Shown piece after piece: positions 17,369 to 24,695 of a DNA stretch of 44,054 bases (position 1 is its first letter; each line of letters starts with the position of its first letter). The notes beneath the pieces were generated by a model. The model was not told the origin of the DNA. It did not search any database and was given only the letters and a program-made list of their open reading frames with translations. The stretch covers positions 1 to 44,054 of the forward strand of contig JAZDCY010000003.1 in the NCBI GenBank assembly GCA_036679645.1, written 5' to 3'. This DNA comes from Gemmatimonadota bacterium. GTDB lineage: Bacteria > Gemmatimonadota > Gemmatimonadetes > Gemmatimonadales > GWC2-71-9. Made by a program: the position numbers and the translations under genes.

Positions 17369-18550
17369 TTACGGGATCGTGAGCGGGCCAGTCGTAGCCA
17401 GCGTCGAGAGCGACGGGGTACAATCCTGGGCCGCCAGGGCATACAGGTACTGCTGGCCCGTAATTACCGCCGTGTCCTCGTAGGTATAGCTAGGGTTCCC
17501 GGCCGGAATGCTCAGGTATGGATCGCCCCAGTCAGGCTCTGTAGTGAGACGCCGCCAGATGACGTATCTCACGACGTCGTTCTCTCCACCAGCCTCATCG
17601 GTGGCCCTATTCCAAGTGAGTTGCACCGCGGGATCACCCGAGGTCAGCGTGATGACCCGGCCGCCGAGCGCGACGCCCAGCAACGGATCCGACCCACACG
17701 TGCGTCGGTTGGCCATACCGGCGTTTGCCAGGCGCACCATGCGCGTCACGGCGCGCTGCCGTTCGCGTTCGCCCGTGAACCCGTTCGTCGCGGTGAGGCT
17801 CACACGTACACCCCGAATACTGTCGATCGCTGCAAACGCCCCGGTGTCGGCCGGCGCAAGATGCTGCGGAATGGAGTGCATTATTGGCAGATCGGTCGAC
17901 GCCAAAGGCTGTATGCGGGCCGTCTGACCCGGTGGCTGGAGCACCCGGAAGTACTGGAAGAACTCCGTACCCGGTGTCTTCAGCAGATTGCGCGCGACCA
18001 AATCCGCCGGCTGATCGTTCATCTGGAGGAAGAGCGCGTAGTCGTCCGTCCGCGTCGTGGAGCTGTCGGGCGTGAAGAAGAAAGTCAGCACTTCGGCCGG
18101 GCTGTTCGTGCCAATCGGATCCAAGTAGTCGACAGAGGGAAACGCGAAAGCGGTGTTGGGAACCGTAAACGCCTGTCCGGTCCGTGGGGCGGTGACCACG
18201 CCCGTCGGAGCGTCGGGGTCGTAATACACCGCGAAAGGGTCGCCCCCAACGTTGGAGACATAGTCGGCGCTGAAGCTCACGACATCGGAACCCGCGTAGA
18301 TGAGCATGGGCTGTTCATCCGGGACGTTGGACCCGAGGGTGCGGAGATCGCGCGCCACGAAATCGGCTGCGAACTGCAGGTTCTGCAGAATGTTCATTCG
18401 ATCGGTGCCGAGCCGGAACGCGCGGGTCTGCGACGTCATGATACTCAACGTCCCTGTCATCACCACGCTGAACACCACAATGGCGATGAGCAGCTCGATG
18501 AGTGTCATACCACGATGATTGCGTGTCACGTGCAATTGGTACGTCTTCAC
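17369..18550 (-). CDS. PilW-like minor pilin with C-terminal FN3-like domain
   Basis: RG/MTLIELLIAI; D.R..G motif; C-terminal VQLTW..YVIWR..YTYED..YLYALAAQD. Confidence 0.82.
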   Translation of the reverse strand: MKTYQLHVTRNHRGMTLIELLIAIVVFSVVMTGTLSIMTSQTRAFRLGTDRMNILQNLQFAADFVARDLRTLGSNVPDEQPMLIYAGSDVVSFSADYVSNVGGDPFAVYYDPDAPTGVVTAPRTGQAFTVPNTAFAFPSVDYLDPIGTNSPAEVLTFFFTPDSSTTRTDDYALFLQMNDQPADLVARNLLKTPGTEFFQYFRVLQPPGQTARIQPLASTDLPIMHSIPQHLAPADTGAFAAIDSIRGVRVSLTATNGFTGERERQRAVTRMVRLANAGMANRRTCGSDPLLGVALGGRVITLTSGDPAVQLTWNRATDEAGGENDVVRYVIWRRLTTEPDWGDPYLSIPAGNPSYTYEDTAVITGQQYLYALAAQDCTPSLSTLATTGPLTIP

Positions 18551-18924
18551 GGTGCCGCCACGGTTGTCGTGCGAGCCACGGGTTGCGGCAGTCCGGGCCC
18601 AGTCACAGTCACGGTGATGCGCTTGTAGTCATTGGGTTGCCCCGATCCACCAACCCGCGTGATCTCTGTCGCGCGTCGGAATCCTGTTAGCGTAGGAAAA
18701 TTCGATTCCACTCCCACGTACGCGGTATCGAGCCCGGAGTAATTGGGATCCATCTGAATGATCTGGATGCGATCCTGCGCCAGCTGCGCCGCCGCCACCT
18801 GGAGCTCGGTCTGCGAGACGGTGCGGACGAAACGTCCCGTGACGTTCGCGAGCCCCGATACCACGATCATCAGCAAGACGAGCGCGGCAATGACCTCGAT
18901 CAGCGTAAAGCCTCGTCGTTGCAT
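18547..18924 (-). CDS. PilV-like minor pilin
   Basis: RRG/FTLIEVIAAL, AAQLAQDRI, KRITVTV. Confidence 0.85.
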   Translation of the reverse strand: MQRRGFTLIEVIAALVLLMIVVSGLANVTGRFVRTVSQTELQVAAAQLAQDRIQIIQMDPNYSGLDTAYVGVESNFPTLTGFRRATEITRVGGSGQPNDYKRITVTVTGPGLPQPVARTTTVAAP

Positions 18925-19511
18925 CAGAATCCCCTCTCCCAAGTCGGGGGCCGGTAGCGGTACCACGACGTCCGTCCCGTCGCGCGCTCCACCTCGACGA
19001 ACCGGGAGTCCTCGGGATTATCCCCCCCGGAGAGTGCGCGCCGAGAGGTGAAGTAGATCCCTCCCCACTCGCTTGCGCTGCCGTTGCGGTGAAAGGTCAC
19101 AGCCGGGAGCCCACCGCGGCGCTGTTGGAACGTGACGTTCGTGGCGCCAACCGACATTGGCGGGGCGCCCGCCCGGCCAAATACGACGTTGTCGCCCAAC
19201 GGGTAGTTACGCACCGACTCGCCCGCGTCCATGGACCCGTCGTTGTCGGCGTCCTTATGCACGCGGATGAGCGCGCGGGCTTCGTCGAACATGATGATAA
19301 CATCGTGTTGGCGGGTGATGGCGAACCGCTGAGCCGAGAGCATCCGCGTGCCGACGGCCTGCATTGCCGACTCCAACCGATACTTCGTGATATCGATCTG
19401 CGGGAGCGCGATCGCGACCAGTATCCCGATGATCACGACCACGGTCAGCAACTCGACCAGCGTGAACCCGGCGCGCTTGTTTCGATGCAACTGGGCGGTT
19501 CTCACATTCAT
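18924..19511 (-). CDS. FimT/FimU (GspH)-like minor pilin
   Basis: AG/FTLVELLTVVVIIGILVAIALP, AQRFAI, DADNDG, VTF...GS, TGR. Confidence 0.87.
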   Translation of the reverse strand: MNVRTAQLHRNKRAGFTLVELLTVVVIIGILVAIALPQIDITKYRLESAMQAVGTRMLSAQRFAITRQHDVIIMFDEARALIRVHKDADNDGSMDAGESVRNYPLGDNVVFGRAGAPPMSVGATNVTFQQRRGGLPAVTFHRNGSASEWGGIYFTSRRALSGGDNPEDSRFVEVERATGRTSWYRYRPPTWERGF

Positions 19512-19513
19512 TT

Positions 19514-19610
19514 CTGCCTCCGGCAGCTCGGCTGCCTCGCCGCGTTCGTGCGTCCGAGGCCCGTGGCTTTGCGCCCTACGGTCGCCCGCAGTTCGCCTTT
19601 TATCTAGCAG
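19514..19610 (-). ncRNA. c-di-GMP-I (GEMM-I) riboswitch, canonical G20/C92
   Basis: AAAAGGCGAACTGCGG-GCGA-CCGTAGGGCGCAAAGCCACGGG...GGCAGCCGAGCTGCCG fits the GEMM-I consensus, directly upstream of the fimT-like start. Confidence 0.88.
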
Positions 19611-19624
19611 CAGATCCGACACCC

Positions 19625-19640
19625 TGCAACCGTTTCACCA
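19625..19640 (-). promoter_or_regulatory. sigma54-type -24/-12 promoter (operon 1)
   Basis: TGGTGAAACGGTTGCA (GG-N10-GC); the predicted TSS falls just before the riboswitch. Confidence 0.55.
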
Positions 19641-19876
19641 CACTCGAGCGGTGGACCCACCGTATAATGGCACAGCGCACCGATTCCCGGCCGTGATGGC
19701 TGTCACGCCGGGTTCGTGCTCAGGGCCCCACTTCTCGCACAACGCAAGCATCCACAATCGGTTAGCACCAGCTGCCCTCCTCGCTGCCCAGGCCACGCCA
19801 AGCCGAGGACCTCAAAGACCTCGGCGAAACTTCTGGCACCCGTGTTCCGTTAGGAAACAAGAGAAGGAGGCTTTCG

Positions 19877-20167
19877 ATGCTCGAAACCATCGCTTGGGTT
19901 GCCATGGCCGGCGGGACCGGTGCCGCGACGCTCTGGGGTTATCTCAAGTCGCGTCGGTTCGTACGGGAACGGCTCCGCTTTGTAGATGCGGTACACGCCC
20001 CAGCCGCTCCCTTCATCGTCGGATCGGTCGCTACCTTGGTGGCCCTTCCTGTCGTAGCAATCGTCCCCATCATCGGCGTCCCGACGGCTCTCATCTTTGG
20101 CATCGGGATCGGCGCAGGCGTGCATCACGGCTCGCGCGATCACCGCAAACAACTGCCGCGCCCCTAG
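19877..20167 (+). CDS. Small membrane protein (96 aa)
   Basis: RBS AAGGAGG, two to three hydrophobic helices, downstream hairpin. Confidence 0.8.
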   Translation: MLETIAWVAMAGGTGAATLWGYLKSRRFVRERLRFVDAVHAPAAPFIVGSVATLVALPVVAIVPIIGVPTALIFGIGIGAGVHHGSRDHRKQLPRP

Positions 20168-20220
20168 ATCGCGGCGCCGCGGGTGCATACACCCGCTAGA
20201 GCCCTGACCCCATATATCAA

Positions 20221-20250
20221 GAGGCCCGCCGCCTCATGGCAGCGGGCCTC
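20221..20250. terminator. Hairpin between convergent genes
   Basis: GAGGCCCGCCGCC-TCAT-GGCAGCGGGCCTC. Confidence 0.6.
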
Positions 20251-20271
20251 GACCCGACCGCACCGTCGCTG

Positions 20272-21198
20272 CTACAGCCGGTTTCGTTCGTACATCAGGT
20301 TCCGCGGTGAGAAACGCCAATCGTACGTGCGGGTGAAGAGTGAGCCACCCGCCACGTGCTGCACGGGCCGATCCGCCGCGAGCACCGCGTGCACGCGTAG
20401 ACCCACGACGTCGTCAAAATCATTCGTGAAATCGGTGTCTGCCGGGTTGATGCGGTTTGCCTGATCCCCGTCCCGGAACGTCACCGTCACCGTCCACTCC
20501 TGAACCCCGTACGCCATGACGGTTCCGTCGAGGGATCCGTCCGACCGCAGGCCCTGCGCCCGCATCAGCTTGCCGTCCTCTACCCAGTAGACGACGGTAC
20601 TCAGCTTCTGTACGAAGGTGCTGAACCGATCGAGCAAGAGACCGCCGCTGAAACCCGCCTGGTAGTTGAGTAACGACGTGGCGCCGGTAAGCTCCACGAT
20701 CGCGTTGCCGCCACCGCTGGTGACGCCCTGCACCTGAATCAACCGCCGCTCGTCGTTCACCTGCAGCCGCGCGACGTCGCCGGCGGCGAGGTCGAACGTC
20801 ATGCCCGGATACACGAGATCGAGACAGTTGGCGCCGCAGGTGCCGCCGGGTGCCAGCGGGTTGCTGGCCCCCGGTGGAGGTTTCAGGTCGTTGGGCGGGG
20901 ATTCCGTCGGCTCGTACGCCACACCGAGTATGACGATCGTGTCACCCCAAACGGCGAGGCTGCCGAACGACGGCGTGCTGGCGAGCCCGACGCCCGTCGA
21001 CTGGAGATCGCGCTCGAGCGACATGCCGATGAATCGCGCGGCCTTCTGCACGTCGCCGCGCAGCTGATTGCCCTGGATGGTGCGGAACGTCGTCGTGGCA
21101 AACGCCAGGGATGCGCCGAGCACGACCAACCCCACTACCATCGAGATTAGGAGCTCGATCAGCGTAAACCCGCGGCGGTCGCTGCGTCCGGTTGTCAT
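20272..21198 (-). CDS. PilW-like minor pilin (operon 2)
   Basis: RRG/FTLIELLISMVVGL, ERDLQSTG, VVYWV..GKLMR, PRNL; RBS GAGGAGG. Confidence 0.85.
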   Translation of the reverse strand: MTTGRSDRRGFTLIELLISMVVGLVVLGASLAFATTTFRTIQGNQLRGDVQKAARFIGMSLERDLQSTGVGLASTPSFGSLAVWGDTIVILGVAYEPTESPPNDLKPPPGASNPLAPGGTCGANCLDLVYPGMTFDLAAGDVARLQVNDERRLIQVQGVTSGGGNAIVELTGATSLLNYQAGFSGGLLLDRFSTFVQKLSTVVYWVEDGKLMRAQGLRSDGSLDGTVMAYGVQEWTVTVTFRDGDQANRINPADTDFTNDFDDVVGLRVHAVLAADRPVQHVAGGSLFTRTYDWRFSPRNLMYERNRL

Positions 21199-21208
21199 GT
21201 ATCCTCCT

Positions 21209-21589
21209 CTACTGCGCGAGGCCGACAAAGGCCAGCGTTACCAGCTCCATCGGTGCCGTCGCGCGCGGATAATCGACGGTCACACGCACCTCTTTCAGAT
21301 TGCGCGCGACGTCCGTCACGATCAGCGATCGCGTGAAGATCCCGGTCCCCGACGGCGTACCCGTTTCATCGACCTGGACGGCACCTTCCGTGGTCAGGTC
21401 CACGGGATCGCGGCCGCGTACTTCCTCCAGGTAACCGCGGGCTATGGACAGCGCCACGGTCTTTGTCGAAGCCTTCGTGTGGGCGGCAACCACGGCACCC
21501 GTGGTGCCGGCGACAGCCATCACGCCGATGGACAGGAGCACTACCGCCACGAGGACGGAGATCAAGGTAAACCCGGTTTCGCGCTTCAT
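21209..21589 (-). CDS. PilV-like minor pilin with Ser at position +5
   Basis: ETG/FTLISVLVAVVLLSIG, A..YLEEVR, LKEVRVTV; ATGA coupling with the upstream gene. Confidence 0.82.
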   Translation of the reverse strand: MKRETGFTLISVLVAVVLLSIGVMAVAGTTGAVVAAHTKASTKTVALSIARGYLEEVRGRDPVDLTTEGAVQVDETGTPSGTGIFTRSLIVTDVARNLKEVRVTVDYPRATAPMELVTLAFVGLAQ

Positions 21590-22149
21590 TGCCATGCTCC
21601 ATTGCGGTAGACCCACACCACTAGCGATGCCGACGGCGAGACAGAGACAGCCGCTACGGCGTCCGGATAGTCCTTGTGGGCGATATAGACCGTTCCACGA
21701 ATCCCGAACGGCGATGTCACCCCGCGCGCATCGAACTCCACCCTATCGTTCGCGAAGGTGATGGCGCCGGGGAGCGAGTCCCCCGGGATCGGCCCGGCGC
21801 TGCCCCGACCGAACGTGAGGTATGACGGAAGCGCACGCTCGCCAAAGGCCCGCAGCGCGTTGCGCTCGGCCACCGACTCGGTGAACGCCCCGTCCCTGTT
21901 GTCATCCAGGAACCCCTGATACCGCGTGCCCGTCGCGTTAAAGGCGACGCGCACACCCGATCTCGTCGACATGGCGCGCGTGCGCGCCAACTCGATGTCG
22001 TTGGCGAGCTGGGTCGCGACCTGGGAAACCTTCCGCAGGGGGCTCACGCGCATTCGCGGTCCGGCTATCGCGATCATGAGTCCCATGACCACCATGACCA
22101 TCACGACCTCGATCAGCGTGAAACCACCGTGCCTCGTCAGCTTACGCAT
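21586..22149 (-). CDS. FimT/FimU-like minor pilin (operon 2)
   Basis: GG/FTLIEVVMV, ELARTRAM, DDNRDG, FDARG. Confidence 0.87.
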   Translation of the reverse strand: MRKLTRHGGFTLIEVVMVMVVMGLMIAIAGPRMRVSPLRKVSQVATQLANDIELARTRAMSTRSGVRVAFNATGTRYQGFLDDNRDGAFTESVAERNALRAFGERALPSYLTFGRGSAGPIPGDSLPGAITFANDRVEFDARGVTSPFGIRGTVYIAHKDYPDAVAAVSVSPSASLVVWVYRNGAWQ

Positions 22150-22170
22150 CGTCAATCTCCGTCACCCGCC

Positions 22171-23940
22171 TCAGTACACCGGGCGGAAAGCAGTACGGAT
22201 CACGTTCCCGACCGTCGGCGTGCCCGGCGGAAGATTCTGTGGATCTTCGAATCGCACCTCGAAACCCCAGTCACGGTTCGGCGGCTTGTAGTACGCCCCG
22301 CTCCATTGTCCCGTCGCATACACGCTCTGGTGGAGTGAGACGAGCGAGCCGCGGTACATGGCAACCTTCTTGACGCCGTTGGCTTTCCATTTCTCCAAGA
22401 ACCGGGGATAGTTCTCCAGCCCACCACCGTACGGGTTCGTCCCGCACAGCATCCAGTCGCATGCCGTGGCCGAGTGCCCGGCCAGGATTGCCATCAGGTA
22501 CTGGGTGTCGGCCGCGGTCCGCCTTACGATGAACTGCTGCTGCTGATTTGCGTCGTTCCAGTTATTGGAGAGCAGGGTGATCGCATCACCCACGACCGCC
22601 GCCGGCACCCACGCGTCGACGTTGTAATCACCCTGCACGTAGATGGGGCGATCGGTGGCCATCGTGAGCGCACCGCCGGTCAGCCGTCGACCGTTATGGA
22701 AACGGACGACCGGATAGAATCCGTCGCCGTTCCCGTCTGTGGCGCCCGTCACGGCAGGGGTGTTGATGAAGGTGACGTAGAGAATCTGGTTGGTCCGGGC
22801 CAACGATGCACCGCTCCAGTCGCCCAGCGCGCGCATGTCGATGTCCAGCACATCGGCGTTGCGGAGCTCGCGGCCTTCGTAGAACGCCTCGAACGTCCAC
22901 TCGAAGATTTGCATGCACTCGCCTTGGCTGGGCAGCGTGAGCCCCGCGCCGCGGACCTGGATCATACCGCTCTGGCACAGTTCATTGGGATCGTCTGCTG
23001 AACTCTGCGTGAGCTGCGCCAGATCGATCTCGATATACCAATCGGCCTTCCACGCGAACTTGGCCTTGCGGACGAGATCGTTATCCGCCGCGTCGCGCGG
23101 CTGCGTCACCACGATGGGCTGCATTCCCTCGGGCAGCGGCACCTTGAGCGAATCCACACTGTACGCATTCGTCTTGATGCGGTTGTCGTAATACATGTCG
23201 CTGTGGGCACGGAACGCCGAGGCCGTGGGATGGCTGCGGCTGTCGAAGTCGAGTTGGACCTCGTTTCCCGACGCGTCGTTGACGTACACGCCGTTGTAGC
23301 GGAGGTTCTTGTCCTTCCGCTGCCAGAACATTTGGTTCGGGGTCGTGATGACATCCCGATACCAGGCGTTATTCGAACTCATGTAGATGTTGCCGTTCGA
23401 GTGGACCCACCCGGCAAACTCCATGGCCGGGCCGTTAGTAACTTCGAGGTCCTGCTCGAAGAACACGCCGAACTGGAAGATGGGAATAGCCTGCGCCTTG
23501 GCGGAGACGATGATCGAGCTGGAATTGTCGAGCTCGTCCCGCGCCTCGGTTGTGATGTCCACCCGCTGCGTCAGCGAGTAGAGCCCGGCGTAGGGACCGT
23601 CGGTGATCGTCTCGATCTCGATCGCACCCACACGCTGCGCGGTGACGTCGGTGAAGGTGAACCCGGTGAGCGTCGGCGGCTGGATTGCCGCGAGTTCTTC
23701 ATCGGACAGGGCACCGTCCTCGAGGGCGTCCGCCAACTGCGCCATCACCGCCTCTGCGCCGCCTTCGGCCGCGTAGAAGACGCGCGAGCCACGGTAATCG
23801 TAGTTTGCGGTTCTGGTGACCACGGTAACGCCACTCACGGCGGCCATCAGAATGGCCGACATGAGAACGAGAACGAGGAGCGTGCCCTCGAGAGCGAGGC
23901 CGCGCTCGTCATGCAATCGTGCACCATGCTTCGACATCAA
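22171..23940 (-). CDS. Large PilX-like protein with extended C-terminal domain (operon 2)
   Basis: DERG/LALEGTLLVL, FYAAEGGAE PilX-N motif, GWVHSNGNIY, GGLENYPRFLE.W, ends LPPGTP; RBS GGAGGAGG. Confidence 0.8.
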   Translation of the reverse strand: MMSKHGARLHDERGLALEGTLLVLVLMSAILMAAVSGVTVVTRTANYDYRGSRVFYAAEGGAEAVMAQLADALEDGALSDEELAAIQPPTLTGFTFTDVTAQRVGAIEIETITDGPYAGLYSLTQRVDITTEARDELDNSSSIIVSAKAQAIPIFQFGVFFEQDLEVTNGPAMEFAGWVHSNGNIYMSSNNAWYRDVITTPNQMFWQRKDKNLRYNGVYVNDASGNEVQLDFDSRSHPTASAFRAHSDMYYDNRIKTNAYSVDSLKVPLPEGMQPIVVTQPRDAADNDLVRKAKFAWKADWYIEIDLAQLTQSSADDPNELCQSGMIQVRGAGLTLPSQGECMQIFEWTFEAFYEGRELRNADVLDIDMRALGDWSGASLARTNQILYVTFINTPAVTGATDGNGDGFYPVVRFHNGRRLTGGALTMATDRPIYVQGDYNVDAWVPAAVVGDAITLLSNNWNDANQQQQFIVRRTAADTQYLMAILAGHSATACDWMLCGTNPYGGGLENYPRFLEKWKANGVKKVAMYRGSLVSLHQSVYATGQWSGAYYKPPNRDWGFEVRFEDPQNLPPGTPTVGNVIRTAFRPVY

Positions 23941-24016
23941 CCCTCCTCCGCCACCGGGAGGATCCCGGGGCTCGGCTTTATGCGTGTCTGCGGGAGAAGG
24001 GCGGTCGGACGATCAG

Positions 24017-24106
24017 TCTGCCTTCGACAGCCCGGCCATCTCCATGACTCATGAGATCCGTGGCTTTGCGCCCTACGGTCGCCCGCAGTTTGCCCTTTTC
24101 GAGCAG
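24017..24106 (-). ncRNA. c-di-GMP-I (GEMM-I) riboswitch variant, G20/U92
   Basis: CTGCTCGAAAAGGGCAAACTGCGG-GCGA-CCGTAGGGCGCAAAGCCACGG...ATGGCCGGGCTGTCGAAGGCAG; P1, P2 with GNRA loop and P3 all pair. Confidence 0.9.
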
Positions 24107-24141
24107 TTCGCTCATTTCGGCGATTGCCTACCCCAGCGAGG

Positions 24142-24157
24142 GGCAAGTTCGGCGCCA
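24142..24157 (-). promoter_or_regulatory. sigma54-type -24/-12 promoter (operon 2)
   Basis: TGGCGCCGAACTTGCC (GG-N10-GC), about 35 nt upstream of the riboswitch. Confidence 0.65.
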
Positions 24158-24402
24158 CTCGGCGCCACTGCACCAGAACTCGGTCTGTCTCACGGACTTC
24201 CGGACTCGGGCCGAAGACCCGGCGTCCGCGCATCAGCGACGACAAGCATGCACAATGCGTCGCGCTCTGCACGATGCGATGACCGACCGCTTCTAGAGTA
24301 TCGGTTTGTGTGGACCGAACCGTGAGAGACGTCACCAGGTGAGGTAGATCACACTTCGGGGAACGGAGGGATTCTCCGTGCCGATGCCGTGCTCAGCACA
24401 TG

Positions 24403-24495
24403 TCAGCGATGTCGACCGCGCCTCGTGCGAATGAGAATCACGCCGTTCCCGCCACGCGACCCGTACATCGCGGTCGCGGAGGCACCGCTCACGCC
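24403..24495 (-). pseudogene. Remnant of a SusC-type TonB plug domain gene
   Basis: Translates as GASATAMYGSRGGNGVILIRTRRGRHR*, with an in-frame stop shortly upstream. Confidence 0.7.
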
Positions 24496-24619
24496 ATCCC
24501 CGTCGCCCGACGCTCGTTCCGCCTTAGAAGATACCGCTCACTGCGAGATTGGACCGGATCGCGCGTTCAGGGGTTCCCAAATACCAGGGGTGCGGTAGCA
24601 CGCACTTCAGTGATGTCAT

Positions 24620-24676
24620 CTAGTACGCCTGATGCCGCGCGAGTGCTGCGGTGAGGCGTTTGAGATCGGGCAGGAG
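24620..24676 (-). pseudogene. Degenerate 5' stub of another kinase gene
   Basis: LPDLKRLTAALARHQAY* resembles DLERLTKALADRY; DNA resembles 27321-27350. Confidence 0.5.
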
Positions 24677-24695
24677 GGTGTTACAGCTCCCGGGG

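Noticed and set aside
19834..19848. sigma54 promoter for the small membrane protein (TGGCACCCGTGTTCC)
   Set aside because: Good -24 element, but the -12 position is CC rather than GC; too weak to call.
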